Both the position numbers and the translations under genes were made by a program. A stretch of DNA of 57,651 nt, filler included, from Catajapyx aquilonaris (Eukaryota): the NCBI GenBank assembly GCA_000934665.2. It is 2 parts of 2 records of this genome, joined end to end, with 100 filler letters (N's around TTAATTAATTAA, not from the genome) between each part and the next. Parts side by side here need not be neighbours in the genome. Positions count along the whole stretch, not along the records: positions 1 to 28,793 come from JYFJ02004876.1; 1 more part is not named here. One strand, 5' to 3'. The notes beneath the pieces are model-generated. The model worked only from the letters and a program-made list of their open reading frames with translations. It had not been told where the DNA came from and searched no databases. Positions 1 to 12,149 of the stretch are shown here, in pieces; the stretch's first letter is position 1; each line of letters begins with the position of its first letter.

Positions 1-177
1 CTTTCTTTTTCTCTTCCAAATGGAAGGTGGAGAGGTGGTCCTTCCTTCAGATTTCCCGGCGAAAGTTTGGGAAGCATCCCAGGACCCCCTTTTTTTTCAT
101 ATTCTACGTGACTGATCCTCGATATCATTATGCCAGTGTTGAAATTACCTATCTTTTGTATGCTCTTTCTTTTGCAG

Positions 178-3100
178 TGTTTGGCGGATTGAAAGGAAGG
201 CAAAATGCAATCGAAATGGACGATATGGGTAAGCATGCACATGTCACACGTTTATATACCAATCAGTGTGAAATTGGTGACACCACCATGAAAATTGTCT
301 TATTTTTTTTTACACGACAAAAATTTGCCAGGGCATAATTTGCATATATCAGTCATGCGTGTGGCGAGGTAAATTATTCCACACTAAAAGTTAGGTCACG
401 ATGTCTAATTAACCGTGGAAAGACAATGGTATTGCATGCCGGGGTTTTCTCAGCACGCGTGATATGTTCACAATGCGTTTTGAGACGGTGCGTCCTTGGG
501 AAGAAATGCAAAATGAATGAGGTCTGATCGAGCGGATGAGGCTATAAATACGCCAGGTATTTTATAGACAGGTAATGTTAGGCCCGATTGACGCCCCTAT
601 TATTTATTCAACAGAATATGTGGAGCACATTGTTGAGAGCCACACGTTGTCAAGTACCATTATGAACTACCGTTAGTGGTTTTTAATAAAAATGGGAATG
701 GTGTTTTTCCATTCCGGTGAGTTCACCTTGAGCTGGTGACCACCTGTGCAGGATGGGAGGGGACAATGCTGGTGGAGGAGTAGAGTAGGGGACGAGGTCT
801 CATTTGCTGGGTCCCCACACCCATTCGTACTTCCGGTCCTGGGCGGATGTGGACCCAACACCGCTTCAACCTCTGAATCAAAAGAGGGGGCTAAAAACCC
901 TTCTCATGCAACCTTTATGCACATCAGCACGGTATAACCTATTTTAACATTCAGAACCGCACGACAAAATGTATACAGCAAACGGGCGCAAACGCGGAAG
1001 AAAAATATTGCGGTTCCTATTATTAGAGTATAGTGTTAATAATGCATAGGGTGGCGGTGAGACCCCCGTGGGAATCAAGTACGGAGGAACTGCAGGGTAT
1101 TTGGGGGACAATCGTCTCATCCTATCGTCCTTGGAGTCTATCAAAAAACTGGCCCCCCTTTTTTTTTCCGAGTCCATGTAATTGACATTCAAATTGTCAT
1201 TTCCGTTCGATCGGTTGGGAAGGACGGAATGACTGATTTCTCATAGTTCTGGAACTGAATTTGGGTGTAGAGCAAGCAACAACCATTTGCTGGTTTTTAT
1301 GAAACAGGATCCTATTGATCACTAGAAGCTTGTGGAACCGGAGCTCCTGGAAGTTAGACAAAATGTGGTGTATGGTTGGTTGCCTAATTTCCAGGATATG
1401 GAGTCATTTTTTTTTCGAAAATGTTCATTTTTAGAGGGGATTTCAGTCAGGGTTTATATGCGGAACTGCTTTGAAACCATGTTCCGAATATAGGTGTTTC
1501 ATGAGAAGTGTTGTGGGTTGATTAAAAGCTTCCTTTTGTAGTGATGCACGAGGCGGTCCTGTCACAGGACAAAAGGGTTTGCCGTCTTCTTTTGTGCTGG
1601 GTCACACACACCTGTATCGACCTTGTCATAATTCGTGCTTCGAAAAAAAAATTGCGCAAGGAAGTTAGTGCAACTCGTGTGAATAATGCACCAGCGTGTT
1701 AATTGGTTCCGAATAAAAACTGCACCATCAAGTGTCGTGGGTTACTGTATAATAAATTGTGACAGTGCTTTGGAAACATGCAACATGAAAATGACATGCG
1801 GGCCAGGTGCAGTGAAGTATGATGTCATTGCATGGAAGGGAGATTAGCAGATGGGACAATTTGTATAAATACCAAGCGCTGCCAACAACAACATTAATAA
1901 TGTATTCTCAGATAATGCTGATAATGCCATTTGATGACAATAGAATTGTAAAATACTGAAAATGAATTGTGTACCACTACCCTACTTTTGCAAGTTAGAA
2001 TGTAGCATAATTGCATGAAATCTGCAAGTAGTACAGGATGAGAATGCGAGCTTAATTAATTCTTTTAGGTGAGGATGTCGTGATGGGAAGGTATCGCATC
2101 ACCAACGTCGACTTCTATCCTACACTCTATGACACCTCCTCTGAGGACTTCCGCTCTCTTGCCAAACAAGTGGAAGCAGAGGTAAAAAAAATCAATTTTA
2201 AAGTATTGCACAGGACGTGACTAATCACTATCTGCTTTCCTCAGATGGACAGGTTATTTGCATTGAGTGTCATTAGGAGTGAATACAATGGGTCTCGTGT
2301 GAGTCGACTCAGTCGTGGGAGTGTCCTGGTGGAGTGTGTGGTCCTACTTGGAGTAAATGGTCCAACATGGCAGGCTGCAGAAAGGGTTGGAGTGGCCTTC
2401 CTGAGGGGACTGCAGCCCAGACACAACAGACTCTGGCTAGGCCAATTTTCTGTTGATGTCCAGTCAATTAGTTTTACGGAAACGTCACCAAAACCTCCAC
2501 TGCCACCAAGCACTGACCGGCCTTTGGACACCAATCTAGTCGGTGAGTGTTGGAATATTTCTGCCATGCAAGCTAAGCAGCCTCACCAACAGAGAATTTT
2601 TTTTCTAAAAATCTATTTAATTTTAGCGGCATGGTCCCCATGGTCAGGGTGGTCCCCATGCAAGCAGCCATGCCGAAGGGAATACACTCAGACTCGCAGC
2701 CGCACCTGTCGTTTGGGAGAGGGCCAAGGTAGAGCCTTGTCAAGTATAGAGCCATGTCTGCTCCAGGGAGGCGGGGACATGGAGATGAGGGACTGCCGAT
2801 GTGCAGATAGCGGTGATGGGTCCTGGGGATGGACCTGGACTGCATCCACACCTGCTGTTGATGCAACCACTAGTGTTGGGGCTACATCACCATCTGCAAC
2901 ACCAGTGCTATCACCATCATCATCTGCTTCTTTTGGAGCGTCTGTCCCACTGCTACCAGGGATAGGGGCAAACCAGACCTATCATCGTGAGTAATCTTTA
3001 TTCATAACAGTCCATATTGAGTTGTGCAGTTTGTAAGAGGTTACAGAAGTTTGTGACATTGGAATATGTAACTGCAGGAATGCTGTAAAAGGAACATGAA

Positions 3101-5485
3101 TAATAATAAGTTATTTTGTGGTGCAAATCTTGTCCCAATATGGCAATATCTTAATGCAGACAAATCCTGCACTATAAACATAATTTACAATCATTACTTC
3201 CTACCCCTTCTGCAGCTCGTGCATGTTCTGAGTGTGTGTCAACTGAGGTGTGTGTTGCCCTTGGAGGAGAACTGTCCCCAACCTGCCGCCTTCCTCTGGA
3301 CCCTCGTGACCCCACAGGATGTGGGGGCCTGTGCCTCCTGTCCACCCAGGTTTGCCACCGTCTGGACACTGATGCCTATAGATGTGTCAACACTTCCTCC
3401 TGCCTTGGAGGAGAGTGGCAGTGTGGGAACAGGCTCTGCATACCTTTGGCCAAGAGGTGTGATGGACACATGAACTGTTATGATCGAACTGACGAAGATA
3501 GTTGTCGTAAGTTGATATATAAGTTGTAAAGACACAGCCTATTATTTTACTTTAGAACTGCTAATTACCTGCTGCTGTGCTCAAGACATCCAAGAATACA
3601 TGCTAATGAAATGCACATGTGATTAATTATTGCAGCATGTGACCTGCAGTACAACTTTCATTGTGGCCATCTAACCTCATGCCTACCACTGGAGAAGAAG
3701 TGTGATGGGAGAGTTGACTGCTGGGATGGGAGTGATGAATACAATTGCACTGAAGGCATGGACGTACATTTGTTGATTTCTGGTTATGATAACAGAACTT
3801 GTCATAGTAAGCACTTCTTGTGCCTTGTCCCTCAGCAGTGTGTCCAGGTGCAGAGGAATTCACCTGCAACAGTGGACAGTGCATTCCCAAGCAGTGGTTT
3901 TGTGACGGGTACCCTGACTGTAGAGACCAATCAGATGAGCCACTAGGATGCAAGGGTGACTGCAAGCGGTACGAGTGGAGGTGCAGGTATGAGCAGTACT
4001 CCAAAAATTAGACCATACCATCTTTTGACGTGAATAAGTCTTTAAATTCGGATCAGTAACGAAAAAGCGTTACAGTCAGGGCCCAGCCAGGGGCCCCATG
4101 GCAAGGGCATGCAGGGTGCTTAGGGTCACCATGTGGGTCCCAGTCCTGTGACGGACATTGGGTAGAATACTAGTAACCAGTAACAGTCAGGGCCCTGCCA
4201 GGGGCCCCCGCCATGGCGAGCTGACCATGCTTGGAAACACTATCACCGGCTTTCAATCAATAAAATCATCCTTCAATATTGATAATAAACAATCAATTCA
4301 CTCCCCCCAATACTGATCGGATTTTAAAGACGTATTCACGTCAAAAGCTGCGGCTTGTGTCCCTGACACATCCTAATGTTTTTCTCTCTCTGCAGTTATG
4401 TATAAGGCCTTAGTTGTCATCAACATTGTGTACTACTTTCTCAAATCCAATCCAGTGAAACCTGCCTATAACAGACCCTGGATGCAGCAGGAACTTAACC
4501 ATTTTGGAACTAATTTGGTCCGGGTGCAGAATTTTTAATTTATTTCTGTCACATGGCACAGGTTCAGTACAAGCAATTTTTGTGGACTGCAATTAGACCA
4601 TTGTAGTTAGGTTTCTCAGTATTTGATGGCTTAATGAAGCAAACCTGCTACATTTTTAAAAACAACTGTGCCTTGCAGTTCCACCAATTTTTGGAATTCG
4701 GTTGTGAACTGTGTGGTGCAGGAATGATATTGTTGCGTATCACAAAAACTGTAGTGGCAATTGTTCCTAACAGGCAGAGTTTCATATTTGTTCTGAGCTG
4801 CAAATTTCCTTGGCTTTTCATATGGCCACAATACTGCTAGGAACCTTTCAAAATTAGTATTGGAGTATTTTTATGGCAGTAGTACATGATGTCCAATATT
4901 TAGTGACACATTGTTAAGTAAATCAGAACCTGAATGAAATGGGGATGTTCGCTAGAAGATTTAATTTTTCACCATTGAAATATCCCATTTGAAGTATTGC
5001 CACATTTTGCAAACATGTTTTCATAATTATCGATATGATTCATGATTGGTTTTAGTGAACAATGTGTAGTCACAAAAATTGGGTACATCTACCATTACCA
5101 TTTAAAATAAAATAAAAATTCTGGAAGCTTTCAAGTACCTTATATGCCTATTTTAAAAACTAAGAAATTTCACATTCACAACAACTTTTAAGTCCCAATA
5201 TTGTCAAATCTCAGTGAATACTGAGTTTCACTTTTGCATCCAATAATATTAGGAACACATCAGAAACACACTGAAGGGTTTGTACTTTGTAGTGATTGGG
5301 GATGCAACAACCAAAATTCTGTTGCACCCTGCACATGATGTGTTACTAAGAGCTCTTGGTGTTACTAACATACTCTCTCTCTATCGACCAGTAACGGACG
5401 GTGCATACTGAAGGAGAAGAGGTGCAATGGAGTTGATGATTGTGGGAATCGTTCTGATGAAATGAACTGCACCAACACGAATTAG
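178..5485 (+). CDS. 5'-partial SEA domain - TSP1 - Cys-rich - 4x LDL-receptor class A protein (probable type II membrane or secreted protein, no protease domain)
   Basis: Phase-consistent exons 178-228, 2069-2181, 2245-2542, 2627-2986, 3216-3506, 3636-3755 (GC donor; or 3782 with GT), 3836/3839-3986, 5392-5485 (TAG). [31 protein letters not shown]...RGSVLVE. TSP1: [10 protein letters not shown]...QTRSRTC. Four LDLa repeats ending DEDSC, DEYNC, DEPLGC, DEMNC. The N-terminus lies upstream of the window. Confidence 0.85.
4019..4350. mobile_element. MITE with ~40-bp terminal inverted repeats
   Basis: CTTTTGACGTGAATAAGTCTTTAAATTCGGATCAGTA (4022-4058) is inverted at 4311-4347. Internal direct repeat ACAGTCAGGGCCC..GCCAGGGGCCCC occurs twice. 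Confidence 0.65.
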
Positions 5486-5735
5486 GAAGAATTTTCCCAC
5501 AAGATGCAGAGTGCCAACGAGTAAAATAAGAGTGTCTGTCTGATTCAGACATTCAACTAACCTCCCTTCCCACCCCTAACTACTTATTACAACTAAGGAC
5601 CAAAGATGGTGACACCACATTGTATTTTTAATGTACAGGGACTCCCTCACTATTCCACAAAATAAGATAATTTTGTAGAACATTATATTTTCTTTTAAAA
5701 AAAGAATGAATGGAATTTATTGCAGGTGAGAAGCT

Positions 5736-7447
5736 TCAATCATCTTCATCCATAGAATCATTGACAGACTCATCTTCAGAATCAGCATCACTTTTTGTGG
5801 GCTTTCCTTTCTTGGTGACAGGTGGTAGAAGAGTACCTCGGTTGAGGTCCTCAAAGTTGCCATTGTTCCACACACACTCTATGGTGATGTGAAACTCAGC
5901 CATCCGATTCCCCAGAAGTTTCTGCCAATAGCAAGTGAGAGTTAGCCAAACACCCACTATAAAAAATAAATTTTCCTACATACCAAAATCCTGGCCTGTT
6001 CTGGAGTTAGAGGCTCACCAACTTTACACACAGTATGTTCCTTTATAAGTGTGATGACAGCTGAGAAATAAGAGACAGTACATCGGAGTAGGAGAAACTG
6101 ATTTATCTTTCAAGATGTCTGATGCTTACAACTGACAACATAGTAACCACAAAGAAACAACAGACTGTTATAAAAAAAAAGTAATACTGAATGACAAATG
6201 TGAGCATCATCATGCAGGCAATATTTTAATGACTAACCTTTCTTGAGAGTAATGGGCAGGCCCAGTTTCCTGAGGTGAGGTTCCAGTGAAAACTGGAACT
6301 GCGGAAGTGGACCTTCAGGAAGAACTACAGTCTCCGTGGCCAAGTCACCAGCACGAGCAAAGTCAGGATCAGAGTAGCTATCAAAGTACCTACGGATATG
6401 AAACACAAAATACATTTATGGGTACTCTTATGAAAGTAAAGTACTGTAATAGTAGCCTACCACAGTAAATAAATATGAGGGTTGTTTCAAGAGTAAAGGG
6501 TTTCAAAAGGTAATCTCTGTATGTGTTACCATTTTTGAATAAAAAAATACGTGCCATGACTTATTAAACAACCCTCGTAGTAAACAAATGGTGGAGAATT
6601 TGTTAGGTAAAGCTTGATCCTCCAATGCTTCATGGCCTTAGCTCCCATGGCTCTCACAATTACTCAAGCCAAACCTTCCTATCTGGAAAAATAAACTACC
6701 TTATGCACCGGCAAGGCACGTGAAGGTGCAGGTGGAAGCATGAGAGCACGTGTTGCTTGATACACACTTCCACCTATGCCTGCTGGCCAGGGCAGTTTTT
6801 TCCAGTAGTATACAGTGTTGGACATTAATCGAGGCATGCTGCTAGAGACATTTTCCAAAGCGGCAGAAGAAGGAATCGAAGATAAGGATAGTGCAAGCCA
6901 GCCGAGCAAGATTCCTTCTTCTGCCTCTTCGGAAAATGACGCTAGCAGCATGCCTCTATACCAGACACTTGTACCTCATGCACTTATTCTTATTGCACTC
7001 CTTGTTCACACTTACCCTACAACTTCATCTTTTTCTCGGTTTGAGAATATAAGACCACACTGTCCCCTAAGGTGAGTGGCCAATTGGTGGATGTTGTCCT
7101 TTACCTCTTCCTCTGCATTGCGTCCGAGAGCCAGGGCCATCACTTTGGTTTTCCCAAAAAAGAAGCGACTGTCCTTCCAATCGTGTCGCACATCCTTCAG
7201 CATTGCATTTCGCATGTTTTGCACGGAAAAGATGAACACATGCGAGTATTCATCCAAACACTTGCGTATGTCCTGCACCAAGCTCTGCTTCCTTGGGAGG
7301 CCTTTCTTTGTGGTTCTGGTCAGTGAGACTAATAACAGAGTGATGAAAGAAAATGAAACTGTAATGCCTAGTGGTCAAATGATTATTAAATGCCCATGAA
7401 GTGGTCTAGCAGGACTTACTTTTCTTGTCCCGCTTAGCCTTGGGCAT
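5736..7447 (-). CDS. MRTO4: mRNA turnover protein 4 homolog (60S ribosome assembly factor Mrt4), 251 aa
   Basis: Exons (minus) 7447-7420, 7328-7016, 6389-6238, 6060-5984, 5921-5736; all GT-AG, 756 nt total. MPKAKRDKKISLTRT..., SVQNMRN...SRFFFGKTKVM, DFARAG, LTPEQARILKLLG and an acidic tail are typical of Mrt4. Confidence 0.95.
6476..6577. mobile_element. Tiny mariner-like MITE in MRTO4 intron 2
   Basis: TA|TGAGGGTTGTTT ... AAACAACCCTCG|TA: TA flanks and short TIR. Confidence 0.5.
6813..6971. mobile_element. Hairpin-forming MITE (TA-flanked) in MRTO4 intron 2
   Basis: GAGGCATGCTGCTAG...GGCAGAAGAAGGAATC pairs with GATTCCTTCTTCTGCC...CTAGCAGCATGCCTC, a ~47-bp imperfect stem; termini TA-CAGTGT...ACACTTG-TA. 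Confidence 0.55.
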
Positions 7448-8966
7448 CTCGAACGAGTTTTAAATAGTCCTTAGCTTGAAGAGAGGGTTTGAGCAGGAAT
7501 CCACACGAGACGGACACCAGAGATGAGCAGGAGAAAAAACAGCGTGGCCTCCTCACTGCAGTCACCTGGGGGCAGACATCTTGCTCACATTCACGGGTAC
7601 CAGATGACGAATTAATTAAAAACTACATCTCAAAAATTAACACATTTCATATTTTTTTATTAACCACATATGAATCAGTTTCACTAACAAGCTAACATTT
7701 TTCAATTACATGATATCTTGTGAAGTCCAGCTCTAATGTCAGGGACTCAGGGTATGGCACTGCTCATTTTACGGTCGCACGTACAGTACTCTATATTATG
7801 GTGCATACCCCCGCAAGTTTACACCATATTTTACTATTTGCAATTAAGTTTGAGGACCCCTTCAATATGAAGCTGCTAAATATATTTGCAAATCAGAATT
7901 CCCTTGCCCACAGAGTGGTAAATTCCCGCAAGTGGCCATCAGGCCGCGCCAGCCCGAAAATGGCGGCACACATGTCAAATCCCATTGTCGTAGATTGATT
8001 AATATTTTATAATCAGGCACAGTAATTGAATATCATTTATTAAATACATTTCCATTTAATGAAGACTTCCTCAGACGCGGGCAGCTCCCGCCCTGATCCA
8101 ATTCAAATACTACGCATGGCATGAGCGCGATCATTTCCGCCGATCTAACAATGATTGATTCCCCATCGGAATGAGTCTCCAGGCAACCTGCGAGTCTCGA
8201 ATAGAATTACGCCCCAACCAGCAGCAAGACCAGCAGCGTACATTCGACTCTCCGGAGTTCCACACACGGCGCCTTGGAAGCTGATTTGACTCGGCAAGTC
8301 CCTTCAATTTTTTTTCTTTTTTTATTATTTTTTATTCCTTCCTCTCCCCCTCCCACCTCCTCCACTCTCCTCCCAACCCGACTCCACCCAACCCAGAGAC
8401 CCCCATCCCGCCCGCCCTCTGTGAAGCGAGATCCGAGGTACTAGTAGTACTCGAGCAGAGCAGCTCTTGTGGACCCCGTAGCCAGAGCCGAGGAATCCCG
8501 GTCGTTCGGCCCTCTTCCCTTCCCTCCCGATCCCACGCACACCGGCCTCCGAACCACATACAGTAGAGTGTCCTAGGAGCACCTGACCCCGACAGACAGA
8601 CGCCGACGGGTGCTGCCAGCGCTATTTTTTTAGCCGGTTTTTGTACAACAGTAAGTACGGTTTTATATCGCGGGATGGGATGGGATGGGGAGGGGTGGGA
8701 GCAGAAGCCGGGTCGATCGAACCGAGAGCCACAGAGGGGGGGGGGGGGGGGGGNCGTTACCCCCTCATTCCCCCTCTCCCCTACTCTCCACCCCCCTCCT
8801 TCCCCCAACCTCACCTCAGTAGTGTTCGAATCCGCCCTTGACGCCATTTTGTGCTAGGTGCCGGCTCCGTTTGCGCTTTTATCCCGTCTCCTTGCTCCCA
8901 ACACCGGTGCCAGGGACTGTTCCGAGCCAGGGAATTTTTACTAGAGTACAACACATTTTTTTGGAG
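7448..8966. promoter_or_regulatory. CpG-rich divergent promoter region of MRTO4 / 14-3-3zeta with two candidate non-coding first exons of 14-3-3zeta
   Basis: Head-to-head genes with local CpG enrichment. YY1-type AAAATGGCGG at ~7958 and CGCCATTTT at ~8842; Inr-like TCAGT at 8816. Strong donors ACA|GTAAGT (8650/8651) and GAG|GTAAGG (8966/8967) with no coding frame; acceptor at 14060 just before the ATG. Confidence 0.55.
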
Positions 8967-9406
8967 GTAAGGACACCAGGGAAGACATCGCTGTTTCCTA
9001 CCAAGGAGTGGTTTTCGCCCTTCCACGCCCCTCCAGTTTTTTTTCTTTCTTTTTTTGTGTCCCGGTGTTAGTCACCGGGTGTAGCGGGGTGATGTGGTCA
9101 TCGACGATTTATCACTGTGAGGAGTATTGGAAGATGAGGCATGTGTGAAGTGGGTGCCCCTTGCTCAGAGGGAGTGGGGCCAACAGTCATGAACTGACCA
9201 CATGCCTTCGTTTGAGGTGCTGCTGTGGGCATGGCACACTTGGATATGATTTGGCAGCAGTGTCATTTGGAAAGAAAGTTTGGAGACTCTTGCTGAATGC
9301 TCAAGAACATAGGTTGGCAATTCTCAATGCTGCGGTCACATAATTATGCGCGCGGGGAATAAAATAGTTGTGTATGGAAAAAAGGCAGTGCTGAGCAGTG
9401 TTGCCA

Positions 9407-9420
9407 GTTGCCATGGTTAC
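9407..9420. promoter_or_regulatory. RFX X-box-like motif
   Basis: GTTGCCATGGTTAC, two mismatches from the GTTGCCATGGCAAC palindrome, near the start of 14-3-3zeta intron 1. Confidence 0.25.
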
Positions 9421-11936
9421 ACATAGAAACATTTGGAATGTGTACAGATCAGTTCCAGTTCTATTCTGTCAAGTAAGACCGTTCAAGCCGATTCAGGTAT
9501 GGATTCTGGGAAAGTTTGAAAAATTAGTAACACATGAAGTCAGTGTGCGCAGTGAATTTTTTGGCAAAACACCTGGGTCCTCGGGCGAGGTTTCATGATG
9601 GGGAGGGAGGTGCAGCTTTGTTGTTTCATTCTTTTCCTTGGATAGTCGAGCGGAAATCTTACCTGATATGCCAGAGATGACCCAAACTTAGTGCAGGATG
9701 AAAGGAGGTGAACAACGTAATGGACAAATCTTTATTGTGCGAAAAGGCATAGGGGGAAATGCAACGTGTTATTAGGCGTTATGAAGACGTGATGTTATTG
9801 GGATTAGATTATAATTAAGTGAAGTAACTAACCCACGATCCTTGTGATTGGCGAAGGGCAAGTGTTTTAACGTGCGTCATATAGGCTTCATGCTATCCCA
9901 TGATTTGGTTGCAATTGGCAGCCCCATTCAAGAGTATTGGGCCCAGCATGCTTGAAATACCCATTTTTGGAGAGGACGAAGACATGAACACAACCAGGGT
10001 GAAAAGGGAGGGAAGAGAGGTCAATCAATATGGCAGAAGAAATCAAGAAATAGTGAATTTTTATTGCTGTCATGTGCAGTTGATGAGGTTGTGTGACATG
10101 AGTGGAGGTTAAGAGCATCACCGGGGTGTCCAGCTAACATGGGGATTAATGAGGCACAGCACATGTTCGAAGTTGGTTGAAAAAATTGAAGCGGGCCATG
10201 TTGCTAATATTGTGATGTTAGCTCATCTAACCAGTTTGGCCATTGCCTGAGCTGGAGAGAAGAGCCTACGTTATTGATGACATCACTTATAGCTCTCCCC
10301 CAAAAAAAACCAACAAGAAAATGTGACCATGGGATTAAAGTTGATAGGATCACTCCTAAATGATAACAAGCCACATTCTACCCATTTGCTAATGGTTAAG
10401 TTATTGTTTCAATACTGTAATAGACAAAATACATCCACCACTTTTCAATATTGCATCTCAGAAGTTTTTTACTTTTTAAAGTATTACGAAGACCTTTGGA
10501 ATTATGTATCTGAGTTACAAAATTGCCATAGAAATTTCTTTGTCACATAAGTGGGAATTTTTTAGCTTGGACTATAAATGCACAATAAGAGTGGCCAGTA
10601 CATTGGCCCTTGCCCTTTAATGTGTGTGGTCTTAGGTTCTTCAGTCTTAGGTGAAATTGAGGGACAGTGGGGGAATATAACAGTAGAATAGCATTATCAC
10701 CGGAAATATTCATATTGCACCTAGTATTAGTATAGTAGGATTGTCCATTCAGATTTAAGGTGCCTCGGAATTTTTAAAGTGTGCTAGATTTACATGCAAT
10801 TTTATATATGGTTGGACTGTGAAGGTAAATTGGGTTCCATTTTAATTTATTACCTTGTGTTCTTCCCATTTAAACTAGTGTAAATGTGATCAGTCAGGCA
10901 GTAGTTTTGCTGGTAAGAGGGATTGGCCACTTGCATAACAAGGGTAGTGGCCAACCCCCTCATGCCCATGAGCATGCTGCTGCAAGGACTTTCCCCCCTC
11001 CCCCCTATGATGGGGTACGTCAGTAGTCGACCCTTACTATTACACTTGCCAGTAAATGTTAGAACACATTTACAGAGTGTGTGAAAAGATGGTCATAAAA
11101 ATCACTGATACATGCATTTCTGATTGATATATTTTTACTAGTTGTGAAAGGATTGTTATCTTCTTTTAAAACATAGGCCTCCCTTGGGGGGGGGGGAACA
11201 AGGTGTGGGTGCCAGTCTTTGGAAGCTGCGATTCTTGGTGACCCACATACTGTCATAGCCAAAGATTAGGGATGCGAGTCATGCTCACTAAATAAGCAGA
11301 GAGGTGGGTGGGTGCTGTGTCGTCATGGCTGCTTGGAATGCATTGCTTAATGATAGGTAAAGGTACTGATGGGATTGGCTTTGAAGTCCAAGTGACAGCC
11401 AGGTAAAGTGGTTGTGGGGTGGAGGGTAAGCACTCTGGTCATTGTCGAATATAGGATATGGTGTGGTTAGATGAGAAAGTAGGACTGGGACTATTTGGAG
11501 CGTGTTTGTGGCATGACTTTGGCACTGACGTGTAGTTGAGTAGGGCCACCTGCAGACACTTCTAGGAACCCTTACAGCCTGAAAGAATGAGTAATGTAAT
11601 GTGTTTGCTGTGCAAGTTCTAGGCTGAATATGGTAATTTCAGTTGCATCACATCTCAAGCGATCACAAGAAGGCAAATTAAATACATGAGTTTGCTAACT
11701 GATATAAACAAACTGGAGGGCAATAATGTCACTTCCAATATTGAATTGCACTGTGGAGTTGCTGTTGCTCATAGGTGGTAGGAGAAAACCCTGTGTACTT
11801 ACTTCTGTTCTGCTTTTAATATGACACTTAATCTGGTTGATTTTCCCATTCATTAACAGTTTCCTATGCCACTCATGCAATTATATCGGCTCATAAATGA
11901 GCCCGGTTCATTTTCGAAGTACTCGATCAGCCCAGT

Positions 11937-12149
11937 TAAGCTGGATATCCACGTAAAAGTTTCTCGTGCCCGAGTCCTCTTGTGCGAGAAAACTTGTCCA
12001 TTGAGACGAACTCTGTCACTTCAGGGCCACTGTGGCCCCTCAGAAAGGGGGTTAAAGTTGAACAATTTTCTACCTTCTCTCTTCCTCTGTGTGGATGCGC
12101 AGTTGGCTTCTCTGACAAGAGAAAACTCTGGTGTGGATACCCAGCTTTA
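11937..12149. mobile_element. Old PIF/Harbinger-like MITE, copy 1
   Basis: TIR TAAGCTGGATATCCAC / GTGGATACCCAGCTTTA; the interior is homologous to 18835-19055 (shared TGTCACyTCAGGGCC..CCCTCrGAAAGGGGrTTAAAGTTGAA). Confidence 0.55.

Noticed and set aside
6061..6237. C/D snoRNA candidate in MRTO4 intron 3 (C-box ATGATGA on the minus strand)
   Set aside because: No canonical CTGA D-box and no convincing terminal stem.
11937..12149. Possible self-cleaving ribozyme in the repeated element
   Set aside because: No complete hammerhead, twister, pistol or HDV core on either strand, and the ends look like decayed TIRs rather than compensatory changes.
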